Source: Thermotogota bacterium (lineage in GTDB: Bacteria; Bipolaricaulota; Bipolaricaulia; UBA7950; UBA9294). From it: DNA of 27,673 nucleotides. Under the pieces are notes generated by a model. It saw only the letters and a program-made list of their open reading frames with translations. It made no database searches and was not told the origin of the DNA. The position numbers and the translations under genes were made by a program. Numbering within the stretch: the stretch's first letter is position 1; each line of letters opens with the position of its first letter. The stretch is taken from positions 1 to 27,673 of the forward strand of contig JBDKUT010000124.1 of assembly GCA_039679545.1 (NCBI GenBank), written 5' to 3'. Shown in pieces: positions 9,784 to 18,174 of this stretch.

Positions 9784-9901
9784 TCGCTCCTCCTGCAGGT
9801 GATCTTACCGTGCGCGGCGGTGCCCCGGCGAGCTGGTTGCCAAGAGGAAGGTGCGGGCAGTGCTTGCCTCGCGGCACACGGTAACTATAGTTACGGACAC
9901 C

Positions 9902-10690
9902 ATGAGACTCCTATCGATCGACAAGCCGCTTGTCGGGATGCTCCACCTCCTGCCCGTGGCAGGAAGCGCGAGGTACGACCGGAAGGGGGCACGGCCGATC
10001 CTCGACGCGGCGATGAGAGATCTCACGGCGCTTGAGAAGGGCGGGGCAGATGCCGTTCTGGTAGAAAACTTCGGCGATGCGCCGTACGCGAAGACCGCGC
10101 CGCGGGAGACGGTCGCGATGATGGCCGTCGTTCTCCGCGCTGTGGTTGAGGCGGCGAGCGTACCGGTCGGTGTGAACGTCCTGCGGAACGACGGCCTCGC
10201 GGCGATGTCGATCGCCGCCGCGACGGGCGCTTCGTTTGTTCGCATCAATGTGTTCGCCGGGGTTGCGTTCACAGACCAAGGGATCGTCGAAGGGCAGGCG
10301 CGGGAGCTTCATGCGCTGAGGCGAGACCTCGGAGCGGACGTGGAGGTTCTCGCCGACGTGCACGTCAAGCACGCGGCACACCTGACGCGACTCGAAGAAG
10401 CCGCCGTTGATACCGAGCGCAACAGCCCGGACGCGCTCATCGTCTCGGGAATCGGCACCGGGTACGAAACGCGTTCGGAGGACCTTCAGACCGTCAAGCG
10501 CACCGTGGCTCTCCCGGTGTTCATCGGTTCCGGCGTTCGTGCCGATACGGTTCGGATGTATCGGGACGCAGACGGGTTCATCGTGGGGACGGCGCTGAAG
10601 GAGCGCGGAGTTGTTGAGTCCCCCCCCGTGGACGAAAAGCGCGTGAAGTCCTTGGCGACCGCGATCGCGGCACTTCGCACCGCCTCATGA
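9902..10690 (+). CDS. BtpA/SgcQ family TIM-barrel protein
   Basis: VGMLHL, ENFGDAPY, PVGVNVLRND, ADVHVKHA, DALIVSGIGTG, IGSGV, GFIVGT. Confidence 0.9.
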   Translation: MRLLSIDKPLVGMLHLLPVAGSARYDRKGARPILDAAMRDLTALEKGGADAVLVENFGDAPYAKTAPRETVAMMAVVLRAVVEAASVPVGVNVLRNDGLAAMSIAAATGASFVRINVFAGVAFTDQGIVEGQARELHALRRDLGADVEVLADVHVKHAAHLTRLEEAAVDTERNSPDALIVSGIGTGYETRSEDLQTVKRTVALPVFIGSGVRADTVRMYRDADGFIVGTALKERGVVESPPVDEKRVKSLATAIAALRTAS

Positions 10691-11553
10691 GCCGAATGGC
10701 CGTCCTTGGCGACCTGAACCTCGACATTTTCGTCGACGAGGCGAGAGAGCCTCGGCCGGGCGCCGAGGTGCGTGGGTCCGTGCAGGTTGCCGCCGGCGGG
10801 TCGGCGGGGACGTTCGCCCGCGTTGCTGGGAAGCTGGGTGCAAGCGTCGTCTTCTTCGGGGCCGTAGGACGGGACATCGCCGGCGATCTCCTGAAGCGGT
10901 CGCTCGTCGATGCAGGTGTGGAGGCTTGCCTCCGTCGGAGCGCATCGCCGTCAGGGACCGTCGTTGCGATCCGCCGCGGGGACGAGCGATCGATGATCTG
11001 TTCCCGCGGAGCGAACGACGATCTCGAGGCGGGATGGATCGACTCGCACTGGGTGGACGACGTGGACCACCTTCACGTCTCGGGGTATGCGCTCCTCGCC
11101 GATGGGCCGCGAGCGGCGGCTCGGCGAGCGATGGAACTTGCAGGGACTTCGGGAGTGTCTGTGTCGCTCGATCCTCCCCCCGCGAACCTTATCGAAGCGT
11201 TCGGAATCGACCGGTTCCGCGCGGAGCTCGCGGGAGTGCGCTGGCTCTTCCCGAACGAGGAGGAGGGCCGGCTACTCTCGGGAACGCCGACCGAGGCGGA
11301 CATCGTGCGCAGACTCGCGAAGCAGTACGAGGCCGGCGCGCTGACGCTCGGAACGCGCGGAGCGATCGTGTGGCGCGGCGAGAAGGTTGATCGGTGCGGT
11401 GTCGAACGCACCCTCGACACCAATCCCACCGGCGCGGGGGACGCCTACGCCGCGGGTCTGGTCGTCGCCCTTCTCGAAGGGAAGCCGCTGGACGTCGCCA
11501 ATCGGGCAGCGAGCGCCGCCGCCTCCCGCTATCTACGCCTGCGAGGTGCTTGA
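10687..11553 (+). CDS. PfkB/ribokinase family carbohydrate kinase
   Basis: GDLNLD, AGGSAG, GAVGRD, PNEEE, TLGTRGA, NPTGAGDAYAAG; ATGA overlap with the btpA-like gene. Confidence 0.9.
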   Translation: MSRMAVLGDLNLDIFVDEAREPRPGAEVRGSVQVAAGGSAGTFARVAGKLGASVVFFGAVGRDIAGDLLKRSLVDAGVEACLRRSASPSGTVVAIRRGDERSMICSRGANDDLEAGWIDSHWVDDVDHLHVSGYALLADGPRAAARRAMELAGTSGVSVSLDPPPANLIEAFGIDRFRAELAGVRWLFPNEEEGRLLSGTPTEADIVRRLAKQYEAGALTLGTRGAIVWRGEKVDRCGVERTLDTNPTGAGDAYAAGLVVALLEGKPLDVANRAASAAASRYLRLRGA

Positions 11554-11608
11554 TTCGACGTGGTCTTACCACTACCGTCATGACGAAGCACCGGAGGTGA
11601 GCGGGGCG

Positions 11609-12574
11609 ATGGAAGACCGAACCGCACTGCTGATCGCACTGGCCGTTGGGATCATCGTCATTGTAGGGCTCCTGTTCTTTGTCATTCCTGAGCCGGGAGA
11701 GCGCGCAGTGATCGCAACGGAGAGGCTCGACGTTGCCGTGCTTGCATTCCGCAACAGCTCCAGTTGGTCGGGCGTCCAGGAGACGGTGCGAAGTCGAATC
11801 GAGACGGGATTGGTGAACGAATCGGGCATCCATGTCTACTCACGCACGCAGCTCGACGCGTTGCTTGTAGAACAATCGCTGTCCGCGACGGGGCTCCTCG
11901 ATCCGACGACGGCGGTCAAGATCGGATCGCTGACAGGCGTCAGCAAGCTCGTGACCGGGAGCGTCTACGCCGTCGACACTTCGGCGGAGGCGACGACCGC
12001 GTGCGCGAGATGGGAGAACGGGGCGTGTGTGGAGACAGTCCCCGCGACGACCTACGCGGCGAAGATCTCCGCCCAGGTCGAAGTCATCGATGCGAGGACC
12101 GGGCAGATCGAGCAGGCGATGGACGTCGACGGAGCGGACTCCACCACGGTTCTGCAGGGGACGCTGTTCGGAGGATTCGACTCGCTCCTCGCCGATTCGT
12201 CAAGCGAGATCGCCTCCGAGGTTGCGGGAAATCTGACGTCGACGTACACCCGGGAGATCCGGTATGGGTTGTACGAAAACGTCGAAACCAAGCGAAACGG
12301 CTACGTCGGGAAGAATGAGACGCGACGGTTTGCGGCAGGCTCGGACGTTCGACTCGTTCTTCACTACACCCGCGTGCGCGACGGCGACCTTTTCGATCTC
12401 GACTGGACCGGACCGAGCGGTGAATCCGTCGGTCATGTGGAGGATGTCGTTTCGAACGGCGATTGGAGCCTGCAGACGCTCGATTCGAACGGCCTCGTTC
12501 CGGGACGGTACGTCGCGAAGGGGACTCTGAACGGGATCGTCGCCTTTCAGGAACCGTTCACGATTGTGCCGTAA
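11609..12574 (+). CDS. CsgG/HfaB (FlgO/TolB-N-like) family membrane-anchored protein with C-terminal beta domain
   Basis: N-terminal TM; VAVLAF...VYSRTQLDALLVEQSL...DPTTAVKIGSLTGVSKLVTGSV...VEVIDARTGQI. Confidence 0.75.
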   Translation: MEDRTALLIALAVGIIVIVGLLFFVIPEPGERAVIATERLDVAVLAFRNSSSWSGVQETVRSRIETGLVNESGIHVYSRTQLDALLVEQSLSATGLLDPTTAVKIGSLTGVSKLVTGSVYAVDTSAEATTACARWENGACVETVPATTYAAKISAQVEVIDARTGQIEQAMDVDGADSTTVLQGTLFGGFDSLLADSSSEIASEVAGNLTSTYTREIRYGLYENVETKRNGYVGKNETRRFAAGSDVRLVLHYTRVRDGDLFDLDWTGPSGESVGHVEDVVSNGDWSLQTLDSNGLVPGRYVAKGTLNGIVAFQEPFTIVP

Positions 12575-12611
12575 GCCCCCGAGCGCGCCCCGTCCGTGAG
12601 GAGACGTTGCC

Positions 12612-13031
12612 GTGCGAACCTACCGCAAGGAGCTCTGGTTCCACCTTCCGAACCGTCGGGGGTTCGTGAACATCACTTCCCAGGTCGATGAGGCGCTTCG
12701 CGAGAGCGGGATTCGCGAAGGGCTGTGTCTTATCAACTCGATGCACATTACGTCAAGCGTGTTCGTCAACGACGACGAGCGCGGGCTGCACGCCGACTTC
12801 GACCGGTGGCTGGAGATGCTGGCGCCGCATGAGCCGACGGACTCGTACGACCACAACCGCACCGGGGAAGACAACGCCGACGCCCACTTGAAGCGCCAGA
12901 TTATGGGACGCGAGGTCGTTGTCGCGATCAGCGAGGGGCGGCTGGACCTCGGGACATGGGAGCAGGTCTTCTACGGGGAGTTCGACGGTCGGCGGCGCAA
13001 GCGTGTGCTGGTGAAGATCATCGGCGAGTGA
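12612..13031 (+). CDS. yjbQ: YjbQ/UPF0047 family protein (secondary thiamine-phosphate synthase)
   Basis: [48 protein letters not shown] start with SD GAGGAG. Confidence 0.92.
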   Translation: MRTYRKELWFHLPNRRGFVNITSQVDEALRESGIREGLCLINSMHITSSVFVNDDERGLHADFDRWLEMLAPHEPTDSYDHNRTGEDNADAHLKRQIMGREVVVAISEGRLDLGTWEQVFYGEFDGRRRKRVLVKIIGE

Positions 13032-13372
13032 GCGGAGGCGCCAATGGCCGCGAGCTCCTCAACGGTTGACAGCGGTGCAGGCGGCCTTCCGATGCGCCGC
13101 CCGTGCTCGAAGCGAAGCGGACAACGTGCGACCCCCCGGGCGGAATCGGTCACCTCACGCCGACTCATGTGCCCTAGGACTTCCCGGGCCCCACGATCAT
13201 GCTCTAGGGCGAGTTCCTGAGGTGGTTTTCGGAAGCCTTCCTCGGGGAGGAGTAGACTCCGGCGCGCGGAGCCGAGCCTGAGTGCCGGCCCGCGAGCCCG
13301 AGGGAAGAGGAGACTTCGTTTCGAGTCGATGGGGTGCCGCGGCCGCAGCACCTCGAGGAGAGGACGTACACC

Positions 13373-14506
13373 ATGAGCGAGTGGAGAATCCGGGTCTGGA
13401 GAGTCGTCGCCCTAGGCGTCGTGGTGGCCCTGCTGCTGGGGATGATTGTGGTCTTGCCAGCCTATCTCCACATGCGGGGCGTCGCAGCCAGTCGTGCCGC
13501 CGAGATCAAGACCCTGGGAGCTCAGCTCGATGAGTCCCGACGGGCGCATGAGGCGGCGCTCGCCGAGAACCGCGTTACGGCCGAAACGCTTAAGGGGACA
13601 GCGTCGCAGCTGGAAGAGCTGCTCGTGGCCCAGCAGGCCCTGGCCGACGAGGATCGCGAAACGAGCCAGACCCTCGAACACACGACCGTCGATCTCGGGC
13701 AACTGCACGCGGCGCAGCAACTTGCACTGTGCGAAACCCAAGAGACGACGCAGAGCCTGACGGAAACCGCTGTCGGTCTGGAAGAACTCCGCGTGACCCA
13801 GGAGACGGCCGTCACTGAGACCCAGCAGGTCGCCGCCGGACTCCAGGAGCTGCAAGCGGCGGAGCAGGCGACCAGCCAGACGCTGCAGGAAACCGCGAAG
13901 ACCCTAGAGCAGACAGCGACAGCCCTTGAGGGACTGCGAGTTGCTCAAGAGATGACGGCCAACGAGTACCGAGACACGATTCAGGATCTCCAGGACGCGA
14001 TCGGACAGCTTGCGACAACAGGGCGACCGACCTGGCCTGGGGGGCCTGCGGTGCCATCGGTCGAGGAGCCGAACGCCCAGGCGGAGGAGGACTCCGGCGT
14101 CGGTGCGGATGAGGTGTCGTCTCTGTGGGTAGACGGCTTCAGCGCTGTGCAATCGCAGACGAGCACTTCGGCGACAGGGCCGGACGGCCAGAGCATTGTG
14201 AGCATCTTTGACGACCACGTCGCCGCGGAGGCGAAGAGCCTGATCTGGAAACACCTCGGTCGCCCCCCCTACCGACTGTTTGTGATCACGCAGACGCAGA
14301 GCACCGTCCAGAACCTGTGGCACGTCCTCGGGCGATTCGCCGGTGTTGACGAGGGAGTGCGTCCCTTCGCGGCCGGTCTGCGGTACCTCCCGAGTGGGAA
14401 GTGGATGTTGCTCTCATTCTGCTGGCTTGCGATGACCGCTCCGGCGAACGCGGAGCCTACGATTCCCGCGGCCCCGGCGTGCCCTCCGTGCCCTCCGACG
14501 CCGTAG
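13373..14506 (+). CDS. Hypothetical membrane-anchored coiled-coil protein with ~28-aa repeats and a C-terminal globular domain
   Basis: SD GAGGAGAGG; N-terminal TM helix; E/Q/T/A/L-rich heptad repeats; Pro-rich linker; C-terminal tail ACPPCPPTP. Confidence 0.75.
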   Translation: MSEWRIRVWRVVALGVVVALLLGMIVVLPAYLHMRGVAASRAAEIKTLGAQLDESRRAHEAALAENRVTAETLKGTASQLEELLVAQQALADEDRETSQTLEHTTVDLGQLHAAQQLALCETQETTQSLTETAVGLEELRVTQETAVTETQQVAAGLQELQAAEQATSQTLQETAKTLEQTATALEGLRVAQEMTANEYRDTIQDLQDAIGQLATTGRPTWPGGPAVPSVEEPNAQAEEDSGVGADEVSSLWVDGFSAVQSQTSTSATGPDGQSIVSIFDDHVAAEAKSLIWKHLGRPPYRLFVITQTQSTVQNLWHVLGRFAGVDEGVRPFAAGLRYLPSGKWMLLSFCWLAMTAPANAEPTIPAAPACPPCPPTP

Positions 14507-14718
14507 AGGCCGCGGGTCGGTGTCTCTGAGGTTCTTTCGTCTCTGCGGTAAGAGGACTTGGAACTCGCTATTCCTGCGCACCGGCGTGTGCTTTCCTGAA
14601 CTCCAGGCCTGTGATGCCTCGGGACCTTTCTCCACGCCCACCTCATCGGGCGCTCACAGCGCCTTCACGGTGTTCGGCTAGAGTAACACTGTGCGAGGAT
14701 CGCACACCTCCTTACGAA

Positions 14719-14760
14719 AGGGGTCCAGGACACGAGGGGAGTCTTGGACCCCTCTCTCTT
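14719..14760. terminator. Terminator-like hairpin between convergent genes
   Basis: AGGGGTCCAGGAC (14719-14731) pairs with GTCTTGGACCCCT (14741-14753); pyrimidine tail CTCTCTT on +, TTT on -. Confidence 0.55.
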
Positions 14761-14807
14761 GCCGGGTCCCCGCGTGGGGCGATCCCAAGGCTGGCTTGGG
14801 GCTGCTT

Positions 14808-15368
14808 CTAGGCGAACAGCTTGCGACAGCGCACGAAGTACTCGACGCCGGAGACAACCGAAAGAAGAAGGGCGACCCCGAGGAGTACGGACCGGGCGGT
14901 CGACCATCCGAGGGCAACCGGGAACGAGCGTCCCACGAGAATGACAAGAATAAGGGCGATGTGCGAGATCGTCTTCAGCTTCCCGAGGATGCTCGCGGAG
15001 ATGACCTGGCCCTCGGAGATCGCGAAGATGCGCAACCCCGTGACCAGGAATTCGCGCGCGATGATGACCATGACCGGCGCGGCGGTCAGTTCGCCGAGCT
15101 GGACGAGGGCGATCAGCGCCCCCGAGACGAGGAGCTTGTCGGCGATCGGATCGGCGAGCTTTCCGAACGTGCTCGTCTGCTTCAGGCTCCGCGCGACATA
15201 CCCGTCGACGGCGTCCGAGACCGCAGCAAGGAAGAAGAGGACGATGCCAAGGATGCGGCCAACGTCCGAGTCCCACAGGATGAGGAACATGAGCAGCGGC
15301 ACGCTGGCGACGCGCGCGACGGTGATCTGATTCGGGATGGTTCGCAGAAGGCCGGTGCCGTTCGCCAT
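14808..15368 (-). CDS. pgsA: CDP-diacylglycerol--glycerol-3-phosphate 3-phosphatidyltransferase
   Basis: IPNQITVAR, SDAVDGYVARSLKQTSTFGKLADPIADK, IIAREFLVTGLR, GKLKT; ATG at 15368 overlaps the tpiA stop. Confidence 0.93.
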   Translation of the reverse strand: MANGTGLLRTIPNQITVARVASVPLLMFLILWDSDVGRILGIVLFFLAAVSDAVDGYVARSLKQTSTFGKLADPIADKLLVSGALIALVQLGELTAAPVMVIIAREFLVTGLRIFAISEGQVISASILGKLKTISHIALILVILVGRSFPVALGWSTARSVLLGVALLLSVVSGVEYFVRCRKLFA

Positions 15369-16123
15369 CAGGCTCGCGCCTCCGCCACGATCTGCGCAAA
15401 CCCTTGGGGGTCGAGCGACGCTCCGCCGACGAGGACTCCATCCACGTCGGGCAGGCCGAGCAGCTCGGCGGCGTTGTCGGGCTTGACGCTTCCACCGTAG
15501 AGGATCCGGATGGTTTCTCCGGCCGAGGGGCCGAGCTCTCGACGCAGCCAGCCGCGAATCCATGCCGCGGCGTCTTGTGCCTGTTCCGTCGTCGCCGTCT
15601 CGCCCGTTCCGATCGCCCACACCGGTTCGTACGCGATGGCCACGTCCGGGAACGAGCGTGCGGGAAGCCCGGCCAGACCGGCGTCGAGTTGGGTCTGGAG
15701 GACGGATTCGGTCTTCTCGGCCCGCCGCTCGACGATTGTTTCCCCGACGCAGAGGATCGGACGAAGTCCACCGGCGAAGGCCGCTTCGAGTTTGCGCCGG
15801 ACAAGGTCGTCCGGCTCGCCGAAGACGTGACGCCGCTCGGAGTGGCCGACGAGCACGTAGCGGCACCCGCAGTCGACGAGCATCTCAGCCGAGACGGCTC
15901 CGGTGAACGCGCCGCGTGGCTCGACGTGGAGATCCTGAGCTCCGAGGCAAACCTTCGTTCCGCTCAGGATGCGGCCGGCGCGATCGAGACTTGGGAATGC
16001 TGGGATCAGAAGGATCTCAGGCTTCGCCTGCGAGATGAGGGGAAGAAAGGGATTGAGAAAGGCCTCCGTTTCTGACGGGGTCTTGTTCATCTTCCAGTTC
16101 CCAGCGACGAGCGGCACGCGCAC
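15368..16123 (-). CDS. tpiA: Triosephosphate isomerase
   Basis: AGNWKMNK, GAFTG, GHSERR, AYEPVWAIGTG, LYGGSV, LVGGASL; GTG at 16123 with a G-rich SD. Confidence 0.97.
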   Translation of the reverse strand: MRVPLVAGNWKMNKTPSETEAFLNPFLPLISQAKPEILLIPAFPSLDRAGRILSGTKVCLGAQDLHVEPRGAFTGAVSAEMLVDCGCRYVLVGHSERRHVFGEPDDLVRRKLEAAFAGGLRPILCVGETIVERRAEKTESVLQTQLDAGLAGLPARSFPDVAIAYEPVWAIGTGETATTEQAQDAAAWIRGWLRRELGPSAGETIRILYGGSVKPDNAAELLGLPDVDGVLVGGASLDPQGFAQIVAEARA

Positions 16124-16326
16124 AGTGACCCCCCTTCGCGGCGAGTATAGCCGGTCCACGCTCGCGCGTGCACGATTGACTTTCCTGCACTGGCTTCCTA
16201 CCATCCAGCCCGCTTTCGGCACTCTGCGTCGAGGCACGAACGGTTGAGCACTCCTTGATCGTCCTCCTTGACGAGGTCGATCAAGGAGTGCTGTGGACGG
16301 ACGCGAAGGAAGGCGAATCTCCGAGC

Positions 16327-18171
16327 ATGAGGCGGTATGACGTGGTGGTGATCGGTGCGGGCCACGCCGGGTGCGAGGCGGCGCTTGCCGCGAGCCGGCT
16401 TGGTGTGTCGACCGCGCTCGTCACGACGAACCTTGGGGAGATCGGGCGGATGCCGTGCAATCCGTCGGTCGGCGGGCCCGGGAAGTCTCAGCTCGTCTGC
16501 GAGGTGGACGCGTTGGGGGGAGCGATGGCACGGATCACTGACGAGACGATGATCCACATCCGCCTCCTCAACACGAGCAAGGGACTGGCCATGCAGGTGC
16601 GCCGCGCTCAGGTCGACCGAGCCGCGTACAAGGAGGTTTGGAAGAAGATCCTCGAAACGACCGATGGCCTCGACCTGATCGAAGGCGAGGTCGCCGATCT
16701 CGCCATGCGCGACGGGAGGGTCTGCGGCGTCCGCCTTCGCGAGGGATTGGACCTCGCCGCTCGCGCGGTCGTCGTGACAGCGGGAACATTCCTCAACGGC
16801 CGCATCCTCCTCGGGCGCGTCTCGTACCCCGCCGGCCGAGCGGGCGAGCCGCCGTCGGTCGGACTGGCGACATCGCTGCGACGACTGGGGCTCCGCATGG
16901 AGCGGCTGAAGACGGGGACCCCACCGCGCGTCCACCGACGGACCCTCGATGTTTCTTGCCTCGAACGGCAACCGACGAGCGACGTGCCGCTCTGCTTCTC
17001 GTTTGGATCGAATCCCGAGGTTCTTCCCGATGACTATCCTGTGTATGTCACGCACACGAACGCGGAGACGCACCGGATTATCGAATCGAATCTGAAGGAA
17101 AGCGCGATCTACAACGGCCTCATGAGCGGGACGGGGCCGCGACACTGCCCGTCGCTCGAGAGCAAGATCGTGAAGTTCCCGGGACGGGAACGACATAAGG
17201 TATTTCTGGAGCCCGAGGGGCGCGACAACGCCGAGATCTACCTTCAAGGGATCTACACGGCGTTTTCTCCGGAGCTGCAGGAGCGGATCGTCCATTCGAT
17301 CGAAGGGCTCGAATCCGCGCACATCGTCCGCTACGGCTACAACATCGAGTACGACTTCATCGACCCGTTGCACCTGTCGGCAGCTTTGGAAGTGCGCGGG
17401 ATCGGCGGCCTCTACCTTGCCGGCCAGCTGATCGGGACGACGGGGTACGAGGAGGCGGCGGCGCTCGGGCTTGTCGCGGGCATCAACGCAGCGCATGGGG
17501 TACGAGGCTGCGAGCCGTTCTTCCTCACTCGCGGTGAGGCCGTGATGGGGGTCCTGATCGACGATCTGGTGACGAAGGGGGTCACGGAGCCGTACCGGAT
17601 GCTTCCATCTCGCGTCGAGCACCGGATCACCCTGCGCGAGCGCAACGCCGACCTGCGCCTTGCCGAGCGCGGACACGCGATCGGCCTCGTCTCGGACAGC
17701 GTCTACGAACGCGTTCTCCAACGCCGCGGCCGGATTGACGAGTGCCTCACGATGCTCCGCGCCACGCGCATCGGACCCAACGATCGGCGCAGTGCCCGCC
17801 TCGCCGAGTGCGGCAGCCGGCCGCTCGAGTCGAACGGGGCCAGCCTCTTCGAGCTCCTGCGTCGGCCGGAAGTGCGGCTGGCGGACCTCGTATGCGTCGA
17901 CGGCCTTCCCGAGGACGTTTGCCAGGAAGTGGAGATCGAGGGGAAGTACGCCGGGTACCTCGCGCAGCACGAGCAGGAGATCGAGCGGCTCAAGCGACTC
18001 GACGGGCTGCGGATCCCCGAGGACCTTGACTACGAAGCGCTGACGACGCTGTCGTTCGAGGGACGTCACCTCCTGCAGCGGGTGCGCCCGCGGTCGTTCG
18101 GACAGGCAACGCGCGTCCCCGGCGTATCGCACGCCGACCTGTCGATGCTGGCCATCCACTTGCGACGATGA
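16327..18171 (+). CDS. mnmG: tRNA uridine-5-carboxymethylaminomethyl(34) synthesis enzyme MnmG (GidA)
   Basis: YDVVVIGAGHAGCEAA, MPCNPSVGG, LKTGTPPR, GPRHCPSLESK, LAGQLIGTTGYEEAAA, EPYRM. Confidence 0.97.
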   Translation: MRRYDVVVIGAGHAGCEAALAASRLGVSTALVTTNLGEIGRMPCNPSVGGPGKSQLVCEVDALGGAMARITDETMIHIRLLNTSKGLAMQVRRAQVDRAAYKEVWKKILETTDGLDLIEGEVADLAMRDGRVCGVRLREGLDLAARAVVVTAGTFLNGRILLGRVSYPAGRAGEPPSVGLATSLRRLGLRMERLKTGTPPRVHRRTLDVSCLERQPTSDVPLCFSFGSNPEVLPDDYPVYVTHTNAETHRIIESNLKESAIYNGLMSGTGPRHCPSLESKIVKFPGRERHKVFLEPEGRDNAEIYLQGIYTAFSPELQERIVHSIEGLESAHIVRYGYNIEYDFIDPLHLSAALEVRGIGGLYLAGQLIGTTGYEEAAALGLVAGINAAHGVRGCEPFFLTRGEAVMGVLIDDLVTKGVTEPYRMLPSRVEHRITLRERNADLRLAERGHAIGLVSDSVYERVLQRRGRIDECLTMLRATRIGPNDRRSARLAECGSRPLESNGASLFELLRRPEVRLADLVCVDGLPEDVCQEVEIEGKYAGYLAQHEQEIERLKRLDGLRIPEDLDYEALTTLSFEGRHLLQRVRPRSFGQATRVPGVSHADLSMLAIHLRR

Positions 18172-18174
18172 CCG

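Noticed and set aside
13032..13372. Long intergenic region with hairpins as a possible riboswitch
   Set aside because: No recognisable aptamer consensus; hairpins are unremarkable at this GC content.
14520..14630. Possible 6S or SRP RNA (terminal pairing GTCTCTGAGG/CCTCGGGAC)
   Set aside because: About 105 nt, too short for a typical 6S, and lacks the SRP domain IV motif; needs an Rfam scan.
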